40,811 nt of DNA from a virus. Below are positions 13,872 through 23,220 of the stretch, in pieces. Location: the IMG/VR virus record IMGVR_UViG_3300045988_159006, positions 1 to 40,811 of that record; one strand, given 5' to 3'. Made by a program: the position numbers and the translations under genes. The notes beneath the pieces are model-generated. The model did no database searches and was not told where the DNA came from. It worked only from the letters and a program-made list of their open reading frames with translations. Each line of letters opens with the position of its first letter. Within the stretch, counting starts at the first letter, position 1.

Positions 13872-13904
13872 CCCCACCAGCTTCGGCTAGTGGGGTCCTT
13901 TATT
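13872..13904 (+). terminator. Rho-independent terminator
   Basis: ccccaccagc-ttcg-gctagtgggg followed by tcctttatt. Confidence 0.6.
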
Positions 13905-13927
13905 AATCCTCCATGAAAGGTTCCACG

Positions 13928-14161
13928 ATGATTGATATCACCCTTGCCAAAGACATTCCGCACCGAACAACCATCACTGATGCCGGAATAGAGTACTGGA
14001 CCGTCACGGCTATCACCCAGCACATCGGCGTCGCTAAGGCCACTTTCGCTAGCTACGTTGCCCGTGGCCAAGCCCCACAACCCGCATTCCAGCTAGAACG
14101 CACCCGCCTATGGGACGCCGCCGAAATCAAACGATGGCACGCCTCACGCCCCACAAAGTAA
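13928..14161 (+). CDS. HTH DNA-binding protein (Xis/MerR-like)
   Basis: WTVTAITQHIGVAKATFASYVARGQAP...WDAAEIKRW. The ATG at 13928 has aaagg upstream. An alternative ATG is at 13913. Confidence 0.55.
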   Translation: MIDITLAKDIPHRTTITDAGIEYWTVTAITQHIGVAKATFASYVARGQAPQPAFQLERTRLWDAAEIKRWHASRPTK

Positions 14162-14267
14162 CCACACCCCCGCCCCTCGCCTCCCAGGGTGCGGTGAATG
14201 CCACTAGTGGCCAAGCCCCAGCTTTACCATTAGCCCACGCATACCAGCTGGGGAACGGGAGGAAACC

Positions 14268-15020
14268 ATGGGCGCCACCACCACTGAGACAGGCCTACGT
14301 GCCACGCTACGGGGCCTACAGGACCTCTGGGTAGAACTGGAAGCCGCCAAGTACCCCACCCCCACCCGTATAACGAACCCCCAGGGGGGTAAGAAACCCG
14401 GGGCCCACCCCACTACACCAGGCGGAGCCGCCACCACCCTAGACATCGACCTCACCCTTAGGCTCTTCGAGGTCGCCCGAGACATCGCCAACCACATCCA
14501 ACCAAGCCGCATCCTCACCTGCGACGCCCACCAACTCCTAGGCTTCCTCGCCTTCAATGCCGGACTCATCGCCAACCTAGACTTCGCCCCCGACATCCAC
14601 GCCGAACTCCGTCACCAAGAATCCAGACTCCAGGAATTCCTCCGCGCCGGGCAGCCCATGGTGTGTGATGCTGGTGAGCCGTGGCTGACGTGGCGAACTA
14701 TTATCCACGCCGCACGCGCCAATGGGTATATGGTTAGCCGTGCGCTGCTACGCAAGTGGGCCGAGCGTGGACGCATTGACACTCGCCTAAGCACTGATCG
14801 CATCGCGTGCTATCGACTCGGTGAGGTTCTAGGACACCTGAAAAATATGCCTTTGCCTGCTGTCACAGCAGGTGATATAATCGACGCGACGACGCAGGCT
14901 GCAGAAAAACCGGTGGAGGGTTTAGCGCCTGCGATTCGTCATCAGGGGTGTTTTGATGGCTCCTCACCCCGGATAGCTCGTGGGGCAGGGGATTGCCGCT
15001 CCACTCCTCCTACTTTCTGA
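14268..15020 (+). CDS. Hypothetical protein
   Basis: 250 aa with RBS gggagga upstream. Located before the HNH/terminase block. Confidence 0.55.
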   Translation: MGATTTETGLRATLRGLQDLWVELEAAKYPTPTRITNPQGGKKPGAHPTTPGGAATTLDIDLTLRLFEVARDIANHIQPSRILTCDAHQLLGFLAFNAGLIANLDFAPDIHAELRHQESRLQEFLRAGQPMVCDAGEPWLTWRTIIHAARANGYMVSRALLRKWAERGRIDTRLSTDRIACYRLGEVLGHLKNMPLPAVTAGDIIDATTQAAEKPVEGLAPAIRHQGCFDGSSPRIARGAGDCRSTPPTF

Positions 15021-15040
15021 CCTTCAGGGAGGGAATCCAT

Positions 15041-15355
15041 ATGGCAGCATGGCGAAACGGCGCCCCTACCCACGTGAAAACCCATATCCGCAAGAAAATC
15101 CTCACCCGCGACGGCTACACATGCCAACAATGCGGCAGCCCAGCTGCCGAAGTGGACCACATCGACAACGCCCGCGGGCCCGGATACGATGCCTTTAGCA
15201 ATCTCCAATCGCTCTGTGTCCCATGCCACAAGGCCAAAACGCAGCGTGAAGCCCAGGCGGGGCGCGCCGCCCGGGTAGCGAGAGTGAAGCGACCCCCCAC
15301 CCCCTCATTTTGTGATATTCCCCACATTATCAAGTTTGATACCGACCGGGGGTAG
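15041..15355 (+). CDS. HNH endonuclease (terminase-associated)
   Basis: DGYTCQQCG....VDHI....G.....NLQSLCVPCHKAKT is the HNH motif. ATG at 15041 after gggaggga. Confidence 0.85.
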   Translation: MAAWRNGAPTHVKTHIRKKILTRDGYTCQQCGSPAAEVDHIDNARGPGYDAFSNLQSLCVPCHKAKTQREAQAGRAARVARVKRPPTPSFCDIPHIIKFDTDRG

Positions 15356-15473
15356 GGGGATACCCCCCCGAGGCGGCCCTCGGGCCGCGGAGGGCAAAGG
15401 GCCTGCCGGCCTGTACGGGTTCCCAAGGCCCACCTAAAGGAAAGGTTAGGAAAACCTAAGAACACGAAAGGGG

Positions 15474-15896
15474 GTGCCGACCGTGCCCGGACCACCCCCG
15501 AAGAGGAATGCCCGCCGCCGCAATGCTAGACCCGACTGGGTGACGCTCCCCGCCGATGGGCGGAAGGGGCGAGCGCCCCGATGGCCACTGCCCGGCCGAG
15601 TGCAACGCGGTTGGGCGGAACTCTGGCGTCGCCCTCAGGCAGTCATGTGGGAACGCAACCACGACGAATTTTTAGTTGCTCGCTATCTCGTCCTGCGGAA
15701 CGCCATTCAAGACGAGCTCGATCACAGCGTGGTCAACGCCACCGCCATGGCCGAGCTTCGCCAAATCGAAGACCGGCTGGGGCTCTCACCCATGGCCATG
15801 AAACGTCTCCAATGGGAAATCGGCGATGTTGAGCAGTCCAAACCCGAAGATGATGGGGTGGTGATCGACGCCCATGACCGCTTCGCTAATCTCTGA
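15474..15896 (+). CDS. terS: Terminase small subunit (P27-family-like)
   Basis: 140 aa with GTG start after gaaagggg. Position upstream of TerL, plus WERNHDEFLVARYLVLRN...ELRQIEDRLGLSPMAMKRL. Confidence 0.7.
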   Translation: MPTVPGPPPKRNARRRNARPDWVTLPADGRKGRAPRWPLPGRVQRGWAELWRRPQAVMWERNHDEFLVARYLVLRNAIQDELDHSVVNATAMAELRQIEDRLGLSPMAMKRLQWEIGDVEQSKPEDDGVVIDAHDRFANL

Positions 15897-17637
15897 CCTC
15901 ACCATGCCACCCGGCTACTACCTCGGCGACAAAGGCGCCTGGTGCACGCTTCCGTGGCCCACCACCATGGACGAAAAACTCGACCTCATCGCCCACTCCC
16001 TAGGCCCCGCAGTCATCGACTGGGCCGAATGGCGCACCGACGAACCCGGCCTCCTCAACGACGACGGCGAACCCTGGCGATTCACACCAGGGCAAGCCCG
16101 CTTCCTCATTCTCTGGTACGCCTTCAACGACCAGGGGCGATTCATCTACCGGCGTGGCTGCAAACGCGGCAGCAAAGGCAGCGGCAAAGACCCTCTGGCT
16201 GCCGCCATGTGCAACATCGAGCTACTCGGCCCCTCCCAACTGCATTGGGACGGCACCCGATACGTGGGCAAGCAACACACCATGCCTCTGGTTCAGATAG
16301 CCTCCAACTCCGAAGAGCAATCGAAAGACGTCCTCCGGGTTGCTAACTCCCAGTTTGGTGTTGAAGCCACCAACTACTACGGGCTGGACAAGGGGAGGAC
16401 TGCGACCTTCGTGAAGACTTCCCCGGCCCGTATCGAAGTGCTTACCGCTTCAGAGCGGTCCTCCGAGGGGGACCCTGCTACTTTCATCGTGCTCAATGAG
16501 ACCCACCACATGACTCAACGCTCCGGCGGCCACGCGGTCGCCAAGGTCGCCCGCCGAAACGTCGGCAAATCAAAGAAAAGCGTGCAGGCCCGAATGGTGG
16601 ACTTCACCAACGCCCACCAGCGGGGCCAGGACTCCATTGGCGAAAAAACTTTCGAAGCATGGCAGAAACAGCAATCCGGTAAATATCCGCAGCTCAAGAA
16701 AGACATCCTCTATGACTCCATTGAATTTGACCCCAAGCTAGACATCTACGACCCCAAGCAGCGCATGCTGGCGCTCCAACAGGCCTATTCCGACGCCCCC
16801 TGGGCCGACATCGAACGCATCTCCGACGAAGTAGTGGACCCCGAACTCTCGGCAGGTGACGCTATCCGCTTCTACATGAACGGCTTAGGGGATGCCGAAG
16901 ACTCCTACGTGAGCGCCAAAGCGTGGGCGGCACTCGCTGACCCGTCCAAAGCATTCGAGCCGGGGGATCAGATCGCCATGTTCCTCGACTGCTCTAAATC
17001 GGAAGACGCTACCGCCCTCATGGGCTGCCGAATCTCAGACGGGTACAACCAAACGCTGGGCGTGTGGTCGAGGCCCCGCGGGCCCCGAGGCGAAGGCTAC
17101 CTCGTCGACCGCGACCAGGTGGACACCAGGGTACGAGAAATCATGGAACTATACAAAGTAGTTTGGTTCGGCGTCGACCCATCACCCGCCAAGGACGACA
17201 CCACCGAAGCCTCCTACTGGAGGCCCCTCATCGACGCATGGCACCGTGATTTCCGCCGAAAACTCCGCTGCTGGGCAACAAAAACCCACTCCGTCCTCTG
17301 GGACATGCGGCTTTCCGAACCCGGCGCCGCCGACCGGAACCGGCGCTTCTCCCAGGAGGTAGAAATCATCCAGGACCTCATCGACAAAGACGGCCTGGAC
17401 GGGCCATTCCGGCATGATGGCAACCCGGCGCTCACAGCGCACGTGAACAACACGAAAATCAGGTGGAACAAATTTGGCCTAGCGATTGGTAAAACCAGCC
17501 GTGACAGCCACCAACTCGTTGATCTATGCGTGGCCATGGTGGCCGCCAACGTAGGGCGTCGTGAAGCCCTGAACTCCGGCAAGGTCCGGGCCCGTAAGAG
17601 CGGCCCCAAGAAGCGAAGGAGAGTGATGATCGGATGA
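15874..17637 (+). CDS. terL: Terminase large subunit
   Basis: 587 aa with size, position and Terminase_1-like features (GSKGSGKDPLAA Walker A-like; FIVLNETHHM). The start could be 15904. Confidence 0.88.
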   Translation: MTASLISDLTMPPGYYLGDKGAWCTLPWPTTMDEKLDLIAHSLGPAVIDWAEWRTDEPGLLNDDGEPWRFTPGQARFLILWYAFNDQGRFIYRRGCKRGSKGSGKDPLAAAMCNIELLGPSQLHWDGTRYVGKQHTMPLVQIASNSEEQSKDVLRVANSQFGVEATNYYGLDKGRTATFVKTSPARIEVLTASERSSEGDPATFIVLNETHHMTQRSGGHAVAKVARRNVGKSKKSVQARMVDFTNAHQRGQDSIGEKTFEAWQKQQSGKYPQLKKDILYDSIEFDPKLDIYDPKQRMLALQQAYSDAPWADIERISDEVVDPELSAGDAIRFYMNGLGDAEDSYVSAKAWAALADPSKAFEPGDQIAMFLDCSKSEDATALMGCRISDGYNQTLGVWSRPRGPRGEGYLVDRDQVDTRVREIMELYKVVWFGVDPSPAKDDTTEASYWRPLIDAWHRDFRRKLRCWATKTHSVLWDMRLSEPGAADRNRRFSQEVEIIQDLIDKDGLDGPFRHDGNPALTAHVNNTKIRWNKFGLAIGKTSRDSHQLVDLCVAMVAANVGRREALNSGKVRARKSGPKKRRRVMIG

Positions 17638-19193
17638 CCCTCGAACTAATCCCCGACTACGAAATCGCAGACGACGAGCATAACCTCATCGTCAAGCTGG
17701 CGGGGCGGCTGCAAGAACACACCCAGAAGAACAGGCAAAAATGGGCTTACTATGAGGGCAAAAACGCCCTCAAAGATTTGAACATCGCCCTGCCCGCGGT
17801 TGCCAGCAGCATCCGGGCAGTGGTCGGCTGGCCCGAAATTGTCGTTGATTCCCTAGCGGAGCGGCTGGAGTGGCAAGGGTGGATATCCCCAAAGGCCGAC
17901 ATCAGCGAACTGGACCAAGTTTTTGCCGACAACGACTTGAGCTCCGAGTTTGCTAAAGCTACCCTGGAATCCCTCGTCACTGGCATGGGATTCCTCGAAG
18001 TATCAGCTGGTGGCGATGGCGAACCCACCATCATTATTGATGCCGTCACTGCCAATGAGGCCACCTACATGTGGGATGACAGGCTTAACCGCATGGCAGC
18101 AGGATACATCGAAAAAACCGGGGAAAACGGCGAAAAATACCAAACCCTACACCTGCCGGACCGGGTGATCTCTATCATCACCGACCCACGCGAAGCAGAA
18201 AAAGAAACCATCTGCGTCAAGCACGACTGGGGCAGGTGCGGCCTGATCCGTATCCCGAACCGGGCCCGCGCCGGGAAAGACGCAGGCGCCTCAGAAATCA
18301 CCACGGCCATCGAATACTACACCGACCACGGCGTGCGAACCGTGCTAGGCATGGAGTTCAACCGCGAGTACTACACCACCCCACAGCGCTATCTGCTGAA
18401 CGCGACATTCGACCAGCTAGGCCTAGACGAGGACGCGTCGGAAAGCGACCTCATCCAAATGGGGTGGAAAGTCGCCATGAGCAAAGCGCTTGTGGTGCCG
18501 CCGGGTGATCCTGATGACGGACTCCCCACCATCACCGCGGGCCAGTTCCAAGCATCCCCACCTACGCCATATATTGAAGAGCTCAAGATGATGGCACAGC
18601 TAGTATCAGCCCAATCCGGGGTGCCAGTATCCTACCTGGGGTTCGCCTCCGATAACCCGCCCAGCGCCGACAGCATTAGGGCCACCGAATCCCGCCTAGT
18701 GCGGCGCACTGAGCTCCGCCAGCTGGCGTTCGGCCGCCCACTGTGCCGTGATCTTGCCTACGTATGCAAAGCCATTCTCGACGGCAAGCCGCCCGAATGG
18801 GAGTTCATTGCCTCCCTCGAAGCGAAATGGCTGGCGGCCGCCACACCCACCCTGTCGGCAACCATGGACGCCATGACCAAAGCCGTAGCAGCCGAAATCA
18901 CCCCGAAACACTCCTCTGTCGTGTGGGGCCGGGTAGGGTTCAGCCAGACCGAGCAGGAAATCATGCGCAAGGAGCTCGCCGAACAATCCGCCACCCAACG
19001 CGCCACAGCACTTGCCGGCGGCGCCGCCACCATCGGCGATACCACCGTACTCGACCTGGCCAGGGCAAACCGTGACCCCGAAGAAACCCCCAACACCACC
19101 GAAGCGTCTACTGAAACCGACCTTCAGGAAAACACAACCGCTTCGCGGGGGGGGCGGAGGCAGATGACCTCAAACAACGCGCCGACGCCCTAG
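17634..19193 (+). CDS. Portal protein (zero-frame product; the C-terminus probably continues in the -1 frame to 19303)
   Basis: 519 aa directly after TerL (ATGA overlap). See the finding on the G8 tract at 19147-19154. Confidence 0.85.
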   Translation: MTLELIPDYEIADDEHNLIVKLAGRLQEHTQKNRQKWAYYEGKNALKDLNIALPAVASSIRAVVGWPEIVVDSLAERLEWQGWISPKADISELDQVFADNDLSSEFAKATLESLVTGMGFLEVSAGGDGEPTIIIDAVTANEATYMWDDRLNRMAAGYIEKTGENGEKYQTLHLPDRVISIITDPREAEKETICVKHDWGRCGLIRIPNRARAGKDAGASEITTAIEYYTDHGVRTVLGMEFNREYYTTPQRYLLNATFDQLGLDEDASESDLIQMGWKVAMSKALVVPPGDPDDGLPTITAGQFQASPPTPYIEELKMMAQLVSAQSGVPVSYLGFASDNPPSADSIRATESRLVRRTELRQLAFGRPLCRDLAYVCKAILDGKPPEWEFIASLEAKWLAAATPTLSATMDAMTKAVAAEITPKHSSVVWGRVGFSQTEQEIMRKELAEQSATQRATALAGGAATIGDTTVLDLARANRDPEETPNTTEASTETDLQENTTASRGGRRQMTSNNAPTP

Positions 19194-19334
19194 GCGTCCT
19201 GATCCGCGCCGGGGTCGAACCCAAAGCAGCTGCTGACCTGGCCGGCCTGCCCGGGATCCGGTTCACCGGGGCAACCCCCGTATCACTACGGGAGAAAACT
19301 TAAACAACACCCATGGGAGGGAGGTGCTAGCCAT

Positions 19335-20552
19335 ATGGCGCGAGACTTGGATGCCGAAGCTGACTACCAGCAGGCCATGGATAACTTGCGGACCCTCGCT
19401 ATACGGGATTTGGTGTCCTGGTGGAAACAGACTGAAACCCTCGGCTTCGCCGACGCCAAGCAGCTTATGGAAGAGCCCTTCCAGGCGATTATCGCGGCCT
19501 ACGGGGAACAAGCCGCCTACGCCGCCGCCGACTACCTATTCCGCTCCCGCAGCCTCGACGACAACTTGAAAGGCCTGGAATATCCCGAAGTGGCCGACCC
19601 GGCAGAGTTCGAGCAAATCCTCGGCTCCTACGCCTGGGCACTAAACACCTCCCGCAACGCCACCGGCGGTTTGGATAGGCAGCTAGTGCTACGGAAACTC
19701 GCTGGCATCACTAACCGGCTCGTACAACAACCAGCCCGCGAAACCGTATACCAAGCCACCCGAAAAGCCGGCACCCGCTACGCCCGTGTGCCGGAACCCC
19801 ACGCCTGCACTTTCTGTCTCCTCCTTGCCAGCCGTGGTGCTGTCTACAGCCACGACACCGTGCTGCTCACTGAGGCCGGCAAAAAATACCACGACAATTG
19901 CAAATGCCTAGGTATCGAGGTGCAAACTCCCGCTGACCTACCGCGCATCAACCAAGAACTAGAACAAATCTACGCGGAATCCGGCAAATACCCCGGCAGC
20001 GACCAAGAAGCCTTCGCTGAAGCCATAGAGCGCCACCGAAACCAAACACCCGACTGGGTGCCACCAGATGCTCAGCGGATCACTGAAAGGATTTATCATG
20101 CCCCCAAAGTTAAACGCCGAATTCGTGTCGATGAAGCGTTATCTTTAGGGCTAAATGATGATGCTCCATGGCCGCCTGATGAAGCGAAAATTCGGGACTG
20201 GCTATATGCAAATGGGGCTAAAGAAGTTATCAAGCTCAAAGAGCTAGACAAGTTGCCGGATCGTCGTGGTGCAATTTATGCAGAAGAAACAGGCGTTCAA
20301 AACACACCAGATTCCATCGTTGACGGCGAAGCCGTGGAATTAAAGACCATAACATCAAAAAGCGGGATAAAAAACCGGGCTAGGCATGCTAGATATCAAG
20401 CAGGCACGCTTTTGTATGATGCGAGATCATTGGGTAACGCTGAAGCCGACATTATTAATAGCATGAAAAATGCTGTTCGAGATAATGGGGCCGACCTTGA
20501 TAGGATAGTGGTAATAACCGTAAACGGAACTCTATTGTGGGAAAGGAAATAA
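19335..20552 (+). CDS. MuF/SPP1 gp7-like minor head protein fused to a C-terminal PD-(D/E)xK toxin-like domain
   Basis: 405 aa. MuF-type region with C.FC...HDNCKC. The C-terminal ~150 aa (from about nt 20100) has TPDSIVDGEAVELKT...RYQAG...VVITVNG, resembling CdiA-CT-type nuclease toxins. GC drops in this part. Confidence 0.7.
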   Translation: MARDLDAEADYQQAMDNLRTLAIRDLVSWWKQTETLGFADAKQLMEEPFQAIIAAYGEQAAYAAADYLFRSRSLDDNLKGLEYPEVADPAEFEQILGSYAWALNTSRNATGGLDRQLVLRKLAGITNRLVQQPARETVYQATRKAGTRYARVPEPHACTFCLLLASRGAVYSHDTVLLTEAGKKYHDNCKCLGIEVQTPADLPRINQELEQIYAESGKYPGSDQEAFAEAIERHRNQTPDWVPPDAQRITERIYHAPKVKRRIRVDEALSLGLNDDAPWPPDEAKIRDWLYANGAKEVIKLKELDKLPDRRGAIYAEETGVQNTPDSIVDGEAVELKTITSKSGIKNRARHARYQAGTLLYDARSLGNAEADIINSMKNAVRDNGADLDRIVVITVNGTLLWERK

Positions 20553-20553
20553 A

Positions 20554-20934
20554 ATGTCTTACGTTGCTGCTATTTTTATTCAGCGAGCCGATGAATCGCA
20601 GGATGAAATTGTAGCTCGTGCTAACCAGCTTATTGCTGCGAATTTTTCCGCGATAGAGGCTGTGAGGACCGTTCGAGTTATGGCAAATGATCCTGGGCGT
20701 GCTGAGGACTTCGGGATTGTTGAGATTGATGTTATGCAGTCACGCAATCCTGAGGCGTTAGCTTTATTGCGGAGCATTTTCATGCTCCTTTGCGAAGAAA
20801 CAAATTGGGGCATGGAGCTTAATTGGGATGGTATTGAAGCAGTGGAACCTGATTTTGGTATTTACCTACGTCGTAATTACGGCACCAAGTACCCGGTTGA
20901 ATTTGATGAAGATGAGGAATTTCTTCTTGCGTAG
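20554..20934 (+). CDS. Candidate cognate immunity protein of the MuF-toxin
   Basis: 126 aa, acidic. It starts 2 nt after the toxin stop, lies in the same lower-GC segment and is followed by a terminator. Confidence 0.5.
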   Translation: MSYVAAIFIQRADESQDEIVARANQLIAANFSAIEAVRTVRVMANDPGRAEDFGIVEIDVMQSRNPEALALLRSIFMLLCEETNWGMELNWDGIEAVEPDFGIYLRRNYGTKYPVEFDEDEEFLLA

Positions 20935-20952
20935 TTTGGGCTAATCCAACCT

Positions 20953-20990
20953 AAAACCCGCGGCCTTGTAAGAAGAACGCGGGTTTTCTC
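20953..20990 (+). terminator. Rho-independent terminator
   Basis: aaaacccgcg-(15 nt)-cgcgggtttt ctc. Confidence 0.6.
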
Positions 20991-21152
20991 ATACCCAAAG
21001 TACACCGGAAGGGTGCGATTTGAAATCTGACCCTTTGAGACCGCTGGTGGCATACAGGATCATGCAATATAGCCCCCAGCTTACCTACCAAGTAACCCCC
21101 ACCAGGCTGGTGGGGGTTAACCATATCCATCACAGGAAAGGACGAATCACCC

Positions 21153-21773
21153 ATGCCAGCCAGAGCATTAGCAATACCCCCCTGGGTGCGAACCATCACC
21201 CCCGACATCCCTGCCGGTGGTGGCACGACTGATGCCGCCCAGGCGGATACCGCGACTCCGCAAGCCTCAGACCGTGAAAGCGAAACCCCCAGCGACAACG
21301 ACAGTGGCAATGATGATGAGGATGGCGACCCCGACCCCGAGCCGGGGCCGGCAGACGACGCGACCGTGTGGAAAAAACATGCTCGCACTTGGGAAAACCG
21401 GGCCAAGGAAAACCGGAAAACCGCCGACAGTCTGCAGGCCCAGCTTGATGCCGAAACGGGCAAAACCAAGCAGGCCGAGGAAGCCCTCGCTGAAGCAACC
21501 AAACGCCAACAAGCAGCAGAACAAACGGCCGCTCGCCTAGAGCTCGCCCTGGAATTCGGTCTCAGCCGGAAAGAAGCCGAAACCTTCCTCCACGGCGACA
21601 CCGAAGCCATGCGCACCCAAGCACAGTTACTTGCGGACCGCGCCGGGGCTGGGGCGTCGAAAAGCCGCCCCGCCACCTCGCCTCTCCAGGGCAAGGGCAA
21701 GGCCGGCTCCTCGAAAGAAAGCGACCGCAGCTGGGCGCGCCGCCTTATGGGCAAAACCAAAACCGACAAATAA
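21153..21773 (+). CDS. Capsid scaffolding protein
   Basis: 206 aa. Acidic N-terminal part plus Ala/Gln/Glu-rich coiled coil. Positioned before the decoration and capsid genes. Confidence 0.7.
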   Translation: MPARALAIPPWVRTITPDIPAGGGTTDAAQADTATPQASDRESETPSDNDSGNDDEDGDPDPEPGPADDATVWKKHARTWENRAKENRKTADSLQAQLDAETGKTKQAEEALAEATKRQQAAEQTAARLELALEFGLSRKEAETFLHGDTEAMRTQAQLLADRAGAGASKSRPATSPLQGKGKAGSSKESDRSWARRLMGKTKTDK

Positions 21774-21788
21774 AGGATGTGATCTATC

Positions 21789-22172
21789 ATGCAACTCAAC
21801 CCAATCCGCGAGCCTTTAGGGGTTGATAACCGCAAGTGGCTAGGCAGCCGCCACGGCGTGGCTAACGCCCAAACCATCACCATTGACGGGAAGAAAATCG
21901 CAGCTGTTGTGAAGGACAACGTTTTGCCGTCTGGTATCCCGCTGAAGCGGGGGGCTGGCGGTAAATACGAGCCAGTAACCGCGGTCGGTGACACCCTAGC
22001 TGGGTTCTTGCTCACCTCCCAGTCCGCCAAGCAGAAAGACGTGGATATCGTGGCCCCCATGCTCGACCACGGCCGCATCCGGGTGAAATACCTCCCCGAA
22101 GGCGTATTCGACATCACCACCTTGACCACCCCTAACCCCCATTTCATCCTCACCCCGAAGGAAGGTGACTGA
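21789..22172 (+). CDS. Head decoration protein-like
   Basis: 127 aa directly upstream of a gpE-like major capsid gene, which is the usual position for gpD-like or DUF2190 proteins. Confidence 0.5.
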   Translation: MQLNPIREPLGVDNRKWLGSRHGVANAQTITIDGKKIAAVVKDNVLPSGIPLKRGAGGKYEPVTAVGDTLAGFLLTSQSAKQKDVDIVAPMLDHGRIRVKYLPEGVFDITTLTTPNPHFILTPKEGD

Positions 22173-22177
22173 TTCTC

Positions 22178-23203
22178 ATGTTATGGACTGAAGTCGTACA
22201 GCCGCAGTCCCTCACCACTGTGGCCCGCGAAACCCTTGATGAGCGGGAACGCTCCAAAAACGTTCTCGCTCAATTCCTCCCCAACCGTGTCGTCGACGAC
22301 ATCTCCGTGAGCCTGTCTGCAACTAACAACGGCCTGGTCGAGGTTGCTGAATACCGCGCCTACGATGCTGAAACCCCTATCGGCGCTATGCCCGGTGGTA
22401 AGAAAATTTCCCTGGAACTTCCACCTCTGGGCCAGAAAATTCCCGTCAGCGAATACGATCAGCTCCGGGCCCGTGGCATCAACGCCCCAGCATCCGGCAA
22501 GGATCTGATCGGCCGGGCCACAATCACCGCAGCCCGGGCTGTCGCTGACCGGGTAGAGATGCTGCGTGGCGAAATCCTCACCACCGGTAAAGCCCTCATC
22601 AGCGAAAACCAGTTCAACGTGGAGCAGGATTTCGGCCGCGACCCCCGCCTCACCACCACCGTAGGCACCAAGTGGGACCAGTACGCCACCGCGGCCCCGA
22701 TCGAAGACCTGCAAGCCCAAGCAGAGGTTTACGCCAACCTCAGTGGTGAGGCGCCCGGCTACCTGCTGGTATCCCCCAAAATCATCACCAGCCTGATCCG
22801 ATGCGAAGAAATCCGCAAAATGGCCGGCGGCGTGAACGGCATCCCCAGCATGGTGACCGTGGACTTCCTTCACAGCGTGCTCGCATCCTTCGAGCTGCCA
22901 CCCCTCCTGCGGTACGACCGTAAGATCCGCAAGGGCGGAGCGCTCAAACGAGTCATCGACGAAAAAATCGCCATCATGCTCCCCGCTGTAGACGGCGAAG
23001 AATCCCCGCTAGGCCGTACATTCTGGGGCACCACCCTCGAAGCCGTCGATCCCGCCTACGGCATTGCCGAAGAAGACCGCCCCGGCATTGTGGTTGGCGC
23101 CTACCAGGAAGACGACCCGAAGTCCACCTGGGTGCGGGCCAACGCTATCGGCATGCCTGTTGTTGGTGACGCTAACTACACCGCGGCCATGACCGTCCTC
23201 TAA
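22178..23203 (+). CDS. Major capsid protein (lambda gpE-like family)
   Basis: 341 aa. The N-terminal pattern LAQFLPNRVVDD...EYRAYDAETPIG...LPPLGQKIPVSEYDQL is typical of Phage_cap_E proteins. Confidence 0.85.
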   Translation: MLWTEVVQPQSLTTVARETLDERERSKNVLAQFLPNRVVDDISVSLSATNNGLVEVAEYRAYDAETPIGAMPGGKKISLELPPLGQKIPVSEYDQLRARGINAPASGKDLIGRATITAARAVADRVEMLRGEILTTGKALISENQFNVEQDFGRDPRLTTTVGTKWDQYATAAPIEDLQAQAEVYANLSGEAPGYLLVSPKIITSLIRCEEIRKMAGGVNGIPSMVTVDFLHSVLASFELPPLLRYDRKIRKGGALKRVIDEKIAIMLPAVDGEESPLGRTFWGTTLEAVDPAYGIAEEDRPGIVVGAYQEDDPKSTWVRANAIGMPVVGDANYTAAMTVL

Positions 23204-23220
23204 GAACAAGGAGAACACCC

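Noticed and set aside
20951-22153. 400-aa minus-strand ORF across the scaffold and decoration genes
   Set aside because: It is antisense to well-supported plus-strand structural genes. Its Ser/Arg/Ala/Pro-rich low-complexity translation is typical of stop-poor antisense frames in GC-rich DNA. No RBS context.
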